Shown piece after piece: positions 37,883-49,638 of a DNA stretch of 64,000 bases. Position numbers and translations under genes: made by a program. The notes under the pieces were generated by a model. The model saw only the letters and a program-made list of their open reading frames with translations, made no database searches and had not been told where the DNA came from. Each line of letters opens with the position of its first letter. Positions within the stretch are counted from its first letter, which is position 1. Source of the DNA: Eukaryota sp. GEM-RC1 (lineage: Eukaryota); contig JAUFOQ010000003.1 of assembly GCA_040285855.1 (NCBI GenBank), forward strand, positions 62,001 to 126,000. Reading direction: 5' to 3'.

Positions 37883-39748
37883 TCAAGACAAAATGACACT
37901 AGCAGAGTCTTTAAACCGGTCAATTCCAGCAAAGTACCATTTGTAAGGAGTTGAACAAGAAAAGAGATCAGGACCTATCATTTCAAGTCCAAATTTGTAA
38001 ACGTCACCATTAGTTGACTGAACAAGACTTACACAATCACCAGCGTAGCAACAGTCGACATTATCCATTACAAAGAGTGGCTCTAATTGATTGACCTCAA
38101 AATAGTGATGAATGAAACGTTTACACCCTATTTCTCCATAGTCATTGTATCCCCAACAAAAGAGTTTTCCTTCTAAAGTAATTGCCATGGAATGACCAGC
38201 ACCAGCATCACAAAAGGAAACGTCATCCATGATTTTGATTGGAGTTGATTGATTGATTGTCGAGCCATTTCCTACTTGCCCTCCTTGATTCCAACCCCAA
38301 CAGTAGAGCTCATTTGAAGTAGTGATTGCCATAGAATGACCTAAACCCAAGGAAACATAGGCCACATTGTCCAGTACTTTTGTTACTTCATCACGTGGAC
38401 TAAATTCTTCAGTTCCTAATTGTCCAAAAGTATTACCACCCCAGCAGTAAAGAGATCTGTCTTCAGTGATTGCAGCACAATGGTCTTCACCAACAAAGAA
38501 GGAAACAACATCAGAAAGAATTAGAGAGAGATTCTTACTGTCAGGGGAATACTGAAAAAGCTCTTGTTTTGTAGTTAACAGTAGACAGCCAAATTGAAAA
38601 GCTTCAACATCCACCACACCGTCGAAAAGTTTCTCTAACTTATCAGAATTAGAGGCCATACAGTAGAGAACCTTGGCATTAGAAATAACAAAACTGTAAT
38701 GATCCCCAGTAACACAATAATATACATCATCAAGCAGCTTCGTTCTCGTATTATTCTTTAACAACCAAAGAACACAACTTTTGTCTATAACCAGTGCATA
38801 GTAACAACATGAAGACACGAACTTCGCATTATCTAAAAACTTGATGGGGGAGGAGACTCTGTTGGGGACGAGTAGTGGGTCAGAGTAAAGTCCATACAAC
38901 TCTCCATTGGGAGTAATGAAGAAGACGTGTTTGCCAGACATGGAAATTAGAGCTTTGTGTAGCTGTTTTCGCAAAAGACAAGGAGTGTGGTATTGGTCAA
39001 AATAGATGTTAGTAAGAGCCTCAGAAAGGTCAAGTTGAGTTTTAGTGGTATATGATGTTATTGAACTGATCAGTTGAGTTAGTCCACTTTGAAGAGATGA
39101 AAGGAAGGCTGATCGGGGATCAGTATAAGAGTCAGCAACTTGCGGAACAAGAGATCGGAGAGTGGCCTTTTGAGCAGCTGAAATGAGCTGTGAACTTGTA
39201 GTATTTAATAGATTAGCAATGTCCACGCTGAGACAATGAAGATGATTGAGAGTTTCCACTGACATCAAGGTTGTGAAGGCATTTGAGTTCATCAGATCTT
39301 TGGACGCGATTGTGGACGTAGAAGAGATAGATAGATCATTGATGTGATCAAGAATAACAAGAGGACGCCATGAAGCACATTGGTTACAAATGGAATCAAT
39401 TACAAATTGTCCTTCTCCTTCTGTCAAAGTTTCACTTGGCTCAGGGACATTCATACAAGATCGACACAGAGTACGGCTACATGATGAGCATTTCGATACA
39501 GCAATTCCATCACAGACTTTACAGAGAGTGCCTCGAAATAGACAACACATCTGTTCCACCGTGACATCCACAGATAGGGAACTTGTTGGTTGGAATGGGA
39601 CTCGACACATCGGGCATGATGACTTCCTGTGTAACCATGGTATTAGACATCTTGTTCGACAAAAGGAATGACCACATGGCAGTGTAGATGGTTCAACTAG
39701 GATTTCCCTGCAAACTCCGCACTGTACATGTTCCATTAACGAAGTCAT
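37883..39748 (-). CDS. RING - B-box-like - helical - RCC1-repeat E3 ligase-like protein, copy 2 (intact, 621 aa)
   Basis: Uninterrupted ORF with C3HC4 RING, a Cys cluster and RCC1 repeats. Confidence 0.92.
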   Translation of the reverse strand: MTSLMEHVQCGVCREILVEPSTLPCGHSFCRTRCLIPWLHRKSSCPMCRVPFQPTSSLSVDVTVEQMCCLFRGTLCKVCDGIAVSKCSSCSRTLCRSCMNVPEPSETLTEGEGQFVIDSICNQCASWRPLVILDHINDLSISSTSTIASKDLMNSNAFTTLMSVETLNHLHCLSVDIANLLNTTSSQLISAAQKATLRSLVPQVADSYTDPRSAFLSSLQSGLTQLISSITSYTTKTQLDLSEALTNIYFDQYHTPCLLRKQLHKALISMSGKHVFFITPNGELYGLYSDPLLVPNRVSSPIKFLDNAKFVSSCCYYALVIDKSCVLWLLKNNTRTKLLDDVYYCVTGDHYSFVISNAKVLYCMASNSDKLEKLFDGVVDVEAFQFGCLLLTTKQELFQYSPDSKNLSLILSDVVSFFVGEDHCAAITEDRSLYCWGGNTFGQLGTEEFSPRDEVTKVLDNVAYVSLGLGHSMAITTSNELYCWGWNQGGQVGNGSTINQSTPIKIMDDVSFCDAGAGHSMAITLEGKLFCWGYNDYGEIGCKRFIHHYFEVNQLEPLFVMDNVDCCYAGDCVSLVQSTNGDVYKFGLEMIGPDLFSCSTPYKWYFAGIDRFKDSASVILS

Positions 39749-40792
39749 TCTGAATTGAAACTTTCAAAATTCATACTTCCCACATTTTTCAAGCAACACC
39801 TATAAAAACACGTTAAATTTAAATTTAAATTTGAGAGTGTTGATACGATTCATCACCACAGTACAATGTAATATGTAAGTGTTGTGATGAATTGTAGTAG
39901 CCTGCTGTAACTGGAATGAGGATATTGGTATACAATCAGATTCCTTTGATGATTTGACCAAATTCAAGACGTTCTTCATTTGGTTATTCTGACATTCAAA
40001 CGAGAAGCCAAATCTGCAACCAGTCTTGAGTTCGTCAAAACTTAGAACAAGTTCTATTACTATACGTCAAGTCGAAAAAGCCCTTGATACAGACAATAAC
40101 ATTCTAACCCAAACATGTATTTGATTTAGAGACAACCCAAATTCACAAATAGATATACAAAATGACTAAAATCGAGACATCACCATTTGTTCCAATTTCT
40201 TACTCTTCAAGATTCTTCTTTAGGCTTCATGTACAGTCACCGTCTCCCTTGTAATAAGGATATGGTTCCTTGTAATAATTGTTGTTGTTCAACAAGACAG
40301 TGCTTCTTCTACTGTTGATGCAGGTCTTAGCTTAAATTGTAGCAGTTTTTTCGTCTTCTTACTTTCACTGTAGTTAAATGTTTTTTTTACAGTAGATTTA
40401 ATTTCCTTTATTTTGCTCTTTGTAGTACTTTTCCATAATAAAAGCCCCATCATCTAAGTGCCGTTCACACTAACCTCTTTCTCACATAGAGAGAACCTAA
40501 CACCTACTCTGGGACCGGGGTCTGACTCGAATCTTTCAGCAATCTACGTGGCACTCTGAGTCAGAAGAAAACAGTAAAATTTTAAAGTCTACAAAATTAA
40601 ATATTTAATATTTGTAAAATTAAACAAGAGAGAGTTGGTTAGAGTTATACTATAATGTAGAAGTATGTTCTAACCTTCTATGCATCTTAGATATGTCTTA
40701 TTTTGATGAAATGAGGTGGCCAAAGTAGGGGATGAATCTAGATAATGTAAGGATTGGGTGAAAGAACAACAACTGAGAATTCACTTTTCTAC

Positions 40793-41521
40793 ATGGAACA
40801 TACAGAACCTCCTCGGAAAAAGTACTCTTCGGACTCTCCAATCTCTCTCCTCTCCACACTTCCTCCAGTCTATGGTTGCAGTCTGTCTTCCTTATCTTGT
40901 TCACAATTATTACAAACTAATGTGTATATGAAAAAATTACAAGTATGTGAATGTTCTCTCAAGTTGTTTTCAGAGATTTGTTATGTCCTAAAAACTAATT
41001 TATCCTTATAGAACTAATCATTTGTAAATCCAATATTACTTTCAACGATATAGATGTACAATCGTTAGTTGAAATGTTTCAGTCAAATACTAGTTTGATT
41101 GTTTTCAGTTTACATGGTTCGTATTTAATTCACCACATTTTAAAAATATTCTCACAAGACTTGAAAGTAATTCAGTTATACGAAAAGTAAGATTTCATTC
41201 GCTAGATTTGGGCTGTTTAATGGTACTATTTCAAAATTTATTTAATTTATTCAGCAATTTAGAATCATTTGTGATTGATTATTCTACTCATCTTATTGAC
41301 TGTTCTACAGGTCGTATTGATTAACAAAACATGGTTTCAAATGACGACTTATTTTGTCTTTGTAAGGCCTTAAAGTCAAGTATTCCCATATCACGTGTTC
41401 ATTGTCCTCGATTAAGGAGTGGAAACCTGGCAGTGTTGACGTCATTATTTTAAATTCTTCACTTCAAAGAATCTGTTATTTCTTTTGATAATATTTCAAA
41501 TATATTTTTTGTTTCTTCTGG
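40793..41521 (+). pseudogene. LRR gene duplicate, internally deleted and truncated
   Basis: MEHTEPPRKK...LSC is joined directly to SQLLQTNVY; net loss of 268 codons relative to the 16690-17712 ORF; further stops downstream. Confidence 0.85.
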
Positions 41522-42609
41522 AGTATTAGTGGGAACAGTTTTACAATTCGAGGTAGATTGAAATAGTGTTATAAAACACCATCTAATCCAAATTCTTATC
41601 TTTTCTATCGGAAGTCTAACTTATGTACCATAAGTCCGTATGTTTTACAGGAAATATTTTTTAAGGAATTTTTAATTCATCAATTCTTCGTTAACCTTGA
41701 GCAACCATTTTTTCATAAATCATCATTGTTGTTATACGTGTGTTAGTTTTATTATTACATGTGCATTTTATGCTGTCTGTGTGCGACGTCACCTTCGGTG
41801 ATGTCTAACAACATCGAATCATTTGATCACTGAAGAAACTTTGAACTCTTAGAACGAAAAAACTGTTACATTTAAAAAGAAGTGGATGATTTTCACAGAT
41901 TGAATATTTGATTAAAGGATCCAATCGAAGTTAGTTCCGACGATCAGAGTAAAACTGAGTTGCTATTCCACTAATTCCCTACAATCAATGGTCATAGCCC
42001 AACTACGTTCACAATTCATGTTCTGATGTCGAAAGTTCATATTTAAGTTCTTACTATTTTCTGGGACAAAAATGCTTCTGTGAGTTTCAATGGCAATGAA
42101 TGTTGCTTAAATGATTGAGTTCTAGTTTTTGTTCCTATCTCATTGTTTCTAAAAATAGCTGTTTTATAAATTGCAGGAACAATTTTATGTAGGTTCATTC
42201 ACAAAGTGTGGTTTTCAATTAAATTAGGTTAATCTAATGGAATTATCACTCACTTTTCGTTAAACCATATTTGGGTATCGCTAATAAGACTGTCATTAGC
42301 TTTATGTGTTATGCTGTTATTTTAGATGTTACAAGTCGATTATAGCATGATATATGAGGAAAATCTAACAGCAGGTGATTAGTACGGTTGTCAAAACCAT
42401 ACTGGGGTATCACACGTTTTTGTGATGTGATATTTGTGATTCACAGGTATCACAAAAAGACTGATTTGTGAGTGATTATTGTGCATGCTTGTGAGTGATA
42501 TTTGTAGAGGTGGAACTAAAAAGTGAGCGGTGTATCTGTAGTACAGATTCTGAACCTAGACACAAATCTTGCAATCGCCAATTCTTCTAGTTGTGAAACT
42601 TCTGTCATC

Positions 42610-43876
42610 ATGCGCGTCTTACTGTTCTTTATATTGTGCCTATCTTTCTCCGTTGTCTATTGCAAGACATCATCAGGATCCATTTCAATCAAGGGTTTGT
42701 TCCTTTGAGTGTCTCATTTTAGACTCTCGAGATAAAGGTATCTTTCATTTTGTTGACAAATTTGCCTTCGCTCCACCTGGAGATGGGCGCCTTACGCTAC
42801 ATGTCGACTCTGACGCAGATCCCTTTGAAGTTCTTGTCTTCTACGATGACAACTGGTCGTCGGTATACTCCAGCAATAAGCTATCGTGTCCAGATAAGAA
42901 ACGCAGAAGTTTAATCTCTCGTTCAGTGACAACATCACTAACCTTTGACAAACCAATCTCCTACATTAGGAAACTGGATAGACCTACCTTCGCCTACGTT
43001 GTGTTTGTAAACTGTCAACAGGGCGCTCATATTGAAGCCACTTATGAACTCAATTTCACTAACCCAGGCGGATGGTGGTCTCAATACATTGGAGCCAACC
43101 TCCACGGTCTTGGTCAATGGTCCCTAATGCTGGCCATTGTCTCCCTCGTCCTGGTTCTTCTCCACGCCTATGCCGTGTTCTTCAAGTGGGGAACAAGCTA
43201 TTTGCACCCTCTAATCATCATTCTAACAGTCGCCATTGTTAGTTTCAGCGCCAGTTTATGGTTCTTCTTCTTTTTCTTTGCTCGTCTTGCTTCCAGTGGA
43301 ACTTTTGTCTTCTCTCTTCACTTCATTGCCGACGTCTTCATGCTTGTGTTCGATCTCTCCGTAATGCTCCTCCTCATCCTGGTTGCTAAGGGTTGGGCGG
43401 TATCAACCACGGTTCTATCTGGCAAAAACAAGTTGTTTGTCCTGCTATTGACTTTTGGTGGAATTGAGATCTTCCTCTTATTGCTTGAGTCGTTTGCTGT
43501 TGATCCTGCTGTTCATACCTTTGCCTACGACAATGTCTTTGGTTATTTGTCAGTATGTCTACGAATCGTGGCAATGTTCTACTTCTTAGTAAACCTTGCT
43601 GAAACTCGATCGTCTGAATCATTTGCTGACAAGAGAAAGCTATATGATCGTGGTGGTTTGTTGTTCGTGTTTTGGTTTATTATTGCTCCTGTTATTATTT
43701 TAGTTGGGGCTATGATGCCAGCTTATGAGCAGGAAAAGTTAGTTGATGGCAGTCTTTGGTTCTTTAATTTATTGTCGTTGATTGTGATTAGTTGGGTTTT
43801 GTGGCCAAGTCGAGCTCAAAAGTATTTCAAAATTTCCACGCCTGATTTATTTGGATTAATTTCTTATGATAATTAG
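42610..43876 (+). CDS. GPR180/TMEM145-like (GOST-type) seven-TM protein; intron 42695-42722
   Basis: Signal peptide MRVLLFFILCLSFSVVYC; FVDKFAF, YELNFTNPGGWWSQY, LHP, LLILVAKGWAVS and LWPSRA motifs. Removing a 28-nt GT..AG intron joins the frames. Confidence 0.85.
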
Positions 43877-43924
43877 AGGAATGTATAGTTCAATATATTG
43901 GTAATAAATTGTTATTGTAAATTT

Positions 43925-44527
43925 TTAATGCATGAAGGGAATTCTTGTAGGAACCCTGTGTTTGTAGTCAATATACCGCTGACCAAAAATATGAATCAAG
44001 AAACGTTCTTCATAGGGAATTCTATCAGCAAAGAACTTCCAAGAAGCAATACAAAAGACAACAAAACTGAGAGGATTCGCTAACAAGATCTGAGTTCCTA
44101 TTGACCAGTAGAACCATCCGAAATAGGAAGGATGACGTGAGAATGAGTAGATACCAGAAGTGATTAGGGTATGTTCAGTAGACTTTTTGGTTGCAATTTG
44201 ATGAGAAAAAGATCGCCCAGCAGTTATGATGGATAGCTTTCTGATGAAATCACTGACGACGACGACAGTAAATCCAAATGTAGAGATAAGAGAAAAAAAG
44301 AAGGAGTCCTTGGGAATAGAGAAGTAGTTGTACAACGAATACTCAGACAATGCTAGAGTCATGGCCAAGAGGTAAGGTTTTGATAGAAGGAAGGACGACC
44401 AACTTGTTGACTTTGGATGATATATGTAGGATAGAATAAACTCAGAGATGTGAAAAAAGAAAACGATGGAAAAGAAAATGGGAAGTCGACAGTGTTGAAC
44501 AAAATCAATAAAGTGCTTTGCGGACAT
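43925..44527 (-). CDS. ICMT: Protein-S-isoprenylcysteine O-methyltransferase
   Basis: FFHISEF, SFSHQI, HTLITSGIYSFSRHPSYFGWFYWSIGTQILLANP and RIPYEERFL motifs. Confidence 0.95.
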   Translation of the reverse strand: MSAKHFIDFVQHCRLPIFFSIVFFFHISEFILSYIYHPKSTSWSSFLLSKPYLLAMTLALSEYSLYNYFSIPKDSFFFSLISTFGFTVVVVSDFIRKLSIITAGRSFSHQIATKKSTEHTLITSGIYSFSRHPSYFGWFYWSIGTQILLANPLSFVVFCIASWKFFADRIPYEERFLIHIFGQRYIDYKHRVPTRIPFMH

Positions 44528-44662
44528 GGTCAATTGCTAATGGGCTTGTTGAATGTAAGTAAGTCAAGAGTGTGGATGTGAACGAGGACAGTTTGGTGGG
44601 TTGTTCAGTTGTAGTTGGAAAAGTTTCCTTCAAATTTCTTCATTGTTTGTTGTACTAGTACA

Positions 44663-45392
44663 ATGCCCGAACGTTCTTCACTTCCTCCCATTACTTCTGA
44701 ACCTGGCCTTTCCAGTGAGGTTATTGACCTTATTGTCAACTCTGATCCTTTTGAATCATGGTATCTATCTCTTGATAGCGGTTTCCTAATAGAACGAATT
44801 CACTTTCAATCCGTTGATCAATTTGGATCACGAATAGGTTTTGTCAAGTTTAAGGTCGATGCTATTGTTGATGGAAATCACGTACCAGGCATTGTTTTTT
44901 TGTAGAGGGGCGTCTGTAGCCATATACTTGGTTCTAACCGATGATGTATCGAACCAAAGATACGTAGTGCTAACTGAACAAGCTAGGACACCCGTTGGCC
45001 AGTCCAAACTTCTTGAAATCCCAGCAGGAATGTTGGATGATCGAGGTCAGTTCGTAGGAACTGCTGCGAAAGAACTGCAAGAGGAAACTGGAATAACAGT
45101 CTGTACATCGGAACTTGTGGATCTTGTTCAATCTGTCTCCAACTCTTCAGGTCACCGTTATCCTGGTATATATATGAGTCCAGGAGGCTGTGACGAGTAC
45201 ATTAAGATGTATTATTGTGAGAAGAAAATGTCAATGAAGGAAATTGATGACGTGCACAATCGTCTGGGAGGAGAAGGCGATCATGAAAAGATTAGGTGTA
45301 GAATAATCGCTGAAAGCGACCTTCTGACTACTGTTGCTGATGCCAAAGCTCTTTGTTGTTATGCGTTGTTGGATAAGATAAGATCAAAATAA
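44663..45392 (+). CDS. Nudix hydrolase (ADP-sugar pyrophosphatase-like); extra T in the run at ~44895-44901
   Basis: VDQFGSRIGFVK, PGIVF-RG, LEIPAGMLD...AAKELQEETG (Nudix box) and SPGGCDE. Confidence 0.9.
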
Positions 45393-45554
45393 TAATCTAA
45401 ATTTGATTACATTTTCACACCAGAATTATAGTGATTGTAAACCATTTCAGTATCACCAATTCCAGATGTAATTTGCAGACGATACACATGTGCTATATGA
45501 AAATATTTGTATGTTTTGGATATTACCATAGTTTTCAATTATGGTACTAATTTC

Positions 45555-46163
45555 GAGTAATCGTAATTGTAGGAATTCCTGAAGGTCAATTTTGTAACGC
45601 CAGAATTACTGGAATTCGAGGAATTCCTTAGACAAAAAATCGTCAATTCCCAGGACAAAACTTGCCAGAAGGGACCAAGTCAAGATCATGCCTACGGTTT
45701 CGTTTTATGTCGTCGAGACTGGTTAGAATCAAAAGACTGTTTGACAGCGACAATTCACAAATTTTACATCAATCTACGTTTTTGAACGAAACAACATCGG
45801 AAGTACATTTTTCAAGAACATTTATCCACCATTATATTATCATAAACATAACAGGGTTATCAACATTGAGTATTTGGGTCTAAAATTAACACATTTTGCA
45901 TTGGAAGTACTAGTACTAAACCAAAATTTTGAACTTGTGCTACATATTTGAGAGGGAATTCCATATGCATATGATTTGTATTGTCACTTTTAGAAATCGT
46001 GTGAATAGAAATCAAAACCGCAAGTTCTTTTCTTGAAAGAAAATCTCTGGTAATTGTACGAACTCCGGAAATAATCGTAACTCTGAGAATTCCTGGAATT
46101 ACTGTAGTTATCGTAATTGTAGGAATTCCTGAAGTAATTGATTAATTACGGATAATACCACTA
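45555..46163. repeat. Degenerate MITE-like region with GGAATTCC/GTAATT repeats
   Basis: ATCGTAATTGTAGGAATTCCTGAAG occurs at ~45560 and ~46110; the right end ...CCACTA resembles a hAT terminus; left TIR and TSD not found. Confidence 0.45.
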
Positions 46164-47039
46164 GATTTCTCAGCTCAGAGTTAAACAATCATATTGCGTC
46201 ATGAATGATAATATGAGATTCAGAGAGAGAGAGAGACGAATTGCTACATTTCAGTGCGATGTTGGATACATGTGCGTACATACTAGTACATACTGCACTT
46301 GGAAAATACAAGTATTGTTACTTGTTGCACACAGTGGACTGTTGATGTGTTCTGAGTTGGACTTGTTTTAGAATGATTTTAGACTATTGAAAATGTGGTA
46401 AACGTTGATTAATCGTGTACAGTACAGTAACATGGTGTAGGCAGCAGCAACCACAAACAATATATTTTATTGTCACAATACAATACTGGGATATTGTGAT
46501 ACAGTCGACTATGTCTATAGCATCAATAAATGGTCGCACACTATAACCGTTTTACGCTATATAGGTAAACCTCACTGTGCCCATCTGTGTAATAACAAAT
46601 ATGTATCGTTAGTGTTAGTGTTATTGTGTTTTTGCAACACTATGTTTATTGTTCGAGTCCACAATAAACAATATATTGTACAATAACACAATACAATATT
46701 TGTCCTTTTGTGTAACTCAAAGAAGAATCACACATCTGACAACGGCGATGTTCTTCTCAATAAAACCAAATTATTGGAAGATGTGTCAGACACAAGCTGC
46801 CTAATGTTTGACATTGACCTTACCATTTAACAACCCTATTATGTGTCTTTAAGAGGAAAAAGATTATTTTAATTGGTTCTCAGATAGTAGTTTTATATGT
46901 TATTTAAAGACAACACTAATGAAGTTGATCGACAGTCCACATCACCAAAGTACATATATGTCAAATCGTCCACATAATGCTTCGTCATTTGGGTCAAATG
47001 TCTTTCCCAATGTTCTAAATCGTATTTCCTGTTCCTCAA

Positions 47040-48425
47040 ATGCCATCCTTACTCTCTTTTTCTGGCCGTGTGTTTCTTCTTGGTTTTGGTCCCATTGGAC
47101 GTTCTGTTCTTCACTTAATAGATCGCTTCATCCCTGACATCTCTTCTCTTACCATCATCACTCGTGAAGAAATCTCGGACAATAGCATACGAAAGTATCC
47201 TGTTACCATAAAGCAGCAGAATTTCACTCCAGATAATGTACAGTCTCTCTTAAAAGACCTATCTTCTGGAGATCTCATTTTCGATACAATGTTTGGTTTC
47301 GAATCCAGACTTGTAATGGAACACGCAGCTTCCTGTGACTCTTTCTACCTCAACACATCAATGGAGGAGTGGTTCGAGAGCCCTTATCCTTCACAAGCAG
47401 CTCTCTATGAACAAGTAAAGCCTCGTAAGTCTGGTGTTACTCACTGTGTAGACACTGGGTGTAATCCTGGTCTAATCACTTCTTTTCTTAAGAAGTCTCT
47501 AGTTGAATTGGGTAAGAGAGCGTTGTTAAAGGAAGATCATCGATATACCAAACTAAAATCTGCTCTTCAGACTGTAAACGTTTCTGAGCTCTGTCGATTA
47601 CTCAACATTAGAACAATCCATGTATCAGAAGCTGACCGTCAAAAGCCATCAGTCACGTTTCCCAAAGACTCGTTGATTAACACGTGGAGTGTTGCTTCGT
47701 TTCTTGATGAGTTTTTAATTGAAGCTGAAATCGTGGTTGGCACTCACGAAAAATCTCTAATTAAAACTCTTAATTCTAATTTAAACAACGATACTCATCC
47801 CAAGTGGATTCCATCACCTCTTTTCCACCGTCTTTCTACTCTTCCTTATCCATTTCATTGCAAATCATATAACCCTAACATTGGACCTTTTGTTGGTCGT
47901 TTAGTTCGACATCCTGAGATTCTAGAGTTTTCCCGTCTTTGTGTGTCGGAAGATCATTCACCAACGATAGCGTTTGTCTACTCTCCTATAGAAGAAGCTT
48001 GGCAATCGGCCTCTTTGTATGAAAAGATTGACAAACCTTCATTAAATACGCAGACCATTATCGTTCCGAAACCAGATGAGTTAATTCCTACTGGGTTTGA
48101 AGCTGTTGGTGCATTCATTGCTTCTGAAACTGATGGTTGTTGGTGGTATGGTTCAGTTCTATCGACAAAAGAAGCGGCAGAATTTGATAAGAACTCAAAT
48201 GCCACAGTGCTACAAGTTTCCTCTTCAATACTGTCAGCTGCCAAATACGCCCTTAGTAATCCTAATCGGGGGCTTCTTTTCCCTGGTGATTTGGACCATG
48301 ACGTCATCCTGGATTACTGTAGACCTTACCTTGGTGACGTGAGGTCGGTGTTTGTTTCAGATTGGAATGAGTTTTCACTTGATGAGTTGGGAGTTGATTA
48401 TGGTTCAGTGAATCAAATTGATTGA
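47040..48425 (+). CDS. hss: Bacterial-type homospermidine synthase
   Basis: GFGPIG Rossmann motif, YLNTSMEEW, GCNPGLIT, TIHVSEADRQ, NTWSV, LVRHPE, PTIAFVYSP, GFEAVGA, WWYGSVLS and NATVLQV, all in HSS order. Confidence 0.9.
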   Translation: MPSLLSFSGRVFLLGFGPIGRSVLHLIDRFIPDISSLTIITREEISDNSIRKYPVTIKQQNFTPDNVQSLLKDLSSGDLIFDTMFGFESRLVMEHAASCDSFYLNTSMEEWFESPYPSQAALYEQVKPRKSGVTHCVDTGCNPGLITSFLKKSLVELGKRALLKEDHRYTKLKSALQTVNVSELCRLLNIRTIHVSEADRQKPSVTFPKDSLINTWSVASFLDEFLIEAEIVVGTHEKSLIKTLNSNLNNDTHPKWIPSPLFHRLSTLPYPFHCKSYNPNIGPFVGRLVRHPEILEFSRLCVSEDHSPTIAFVYSPIEEAWQSASLYEKIDKPSLNTQTIIVPKPDELIPTGFEAVGAFIASETDGCWWYGSVLSTKEAAEFDKNSNATVLQVSSSILSAAKYALSNPNRGLLFPGDLDHDVILDYCRPYLGDVRSVFVSDWNEFSLDELGVDYGSVNQID

Positions 48426-48718
48426 TGACATGTTGATGAATACATTAAAAGCTATTGTTTTTCTATGCAATGTACTGGTGTCTTGTGTGCTCCAAATCAA
48501 AATTCCTTCCCCTTTTTCGAGTTTCGTTGTTTTTGATTGTTTTTTGATGGCAACTGGATTTTGGTTTTAGAAGATAAACTGTGTTTTTTATTTTTTAAAA
48601 GGTATAATGTATATTAAAAAGTGCGAAATGTACGTTTAGTGTTAGAAAGGTGTCAATTTGTGGTGAAAAGTGTACAGAAACGCTTCATTGAGCGGTTTGC
48701 AGATTTCTTCTTGACAAA

Positions 48719-49638
48719 ATGTTTTTCAGATTCTCTTCTTCAGCTACTATACTCACATTTGTTGATGACTGCATTGTCACTGTCTATCTTTGTAATCCTT
48801 TTGAGCAACGTATACAACGTACATTCGAAGAACCTATAGGAATTATAGACATTCTAGGAACTTCAAACATCTTTGCAATCATCGGTTCATCATCTTCAAC
48901 TTCCATATTTCATGACAAAAGGTAGTTCTATGGGATGACCGTGACCTTTCAATGTTAGCTGAAATAGGAAGTGCATCCCGAATTACTAATGTTGCTTTTG
49001 TTGGAGAATGTCTTGTGTGTATCTCAGAAACTGAAGTATTTTGCGTGAATATCCACTCCTTGTCTCGAACAACAATAGAACTCAAACCAGGGGGACCTAT
49101 CCTTGCCTGCTCTTCTTCACTGGCTTCATCGGTATTCGCTTTCCCCTGTGCCGCACATGGATCTGTTTCCTCGTCTTCTTCCAACAAGGGAGTTGTTGCC
49201 ATTGCAAACATGAACAGCACCGCGAACCCAATCTGCAGTGTGGTATCAGCTCACAAAACTCCTCTTACTGCCATTGCCATGAGTGTTGATGGCTCTCTAG
49301 TAGCAACCACATCTCAAGAAGGGACTTTGATTCGTATATGGAATACATCTGGAAGTCTGATATCTGAACTGAGGAGAGGAACTCGTAAAGCAACAGTTAC
49401 AGGTTTAGCCTTTGGAGGTAATTCTCTAGTGGCTCTAGCGTCTAAAAAAGAGACTATTCATATCTTTAACTTGGTCAACAATAACCATATTACGTTTGAT
49501 ACCAAGAATAAGCAACCAAAGTATGTCATGTTTGATATCTCTGGTGAGTTGTTGTTTGTAGTTTCGTTGGACAAAACCTTTAGAATTCTTCAAATGAAAG
49601 GATCTGGTGTAGAACAATTGGATCGTCGAAACTTTTGA
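48719..49638 (+). CDS. ATG18/WIPI (PROPPIN) WD40 protein; one A missing at ~48917-48920
   Basis: ILGTSNIFAIIG, (K)VVLWDD, AHKTPL, ATTSQEGTLIRIW, ELRRG phosphoinositide-binding motif, TIHIF. Confidence 0.88.

Larger units (their letters stand above)
37354..41521. repeat. Right arm of the inverted duplication (left arm 16180-21120)
   Basis: Reverse complement of the left arm, with an 806-nt deletion in the LRR gene and a short insertion near 37515-37565. Confidence 0.92.
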
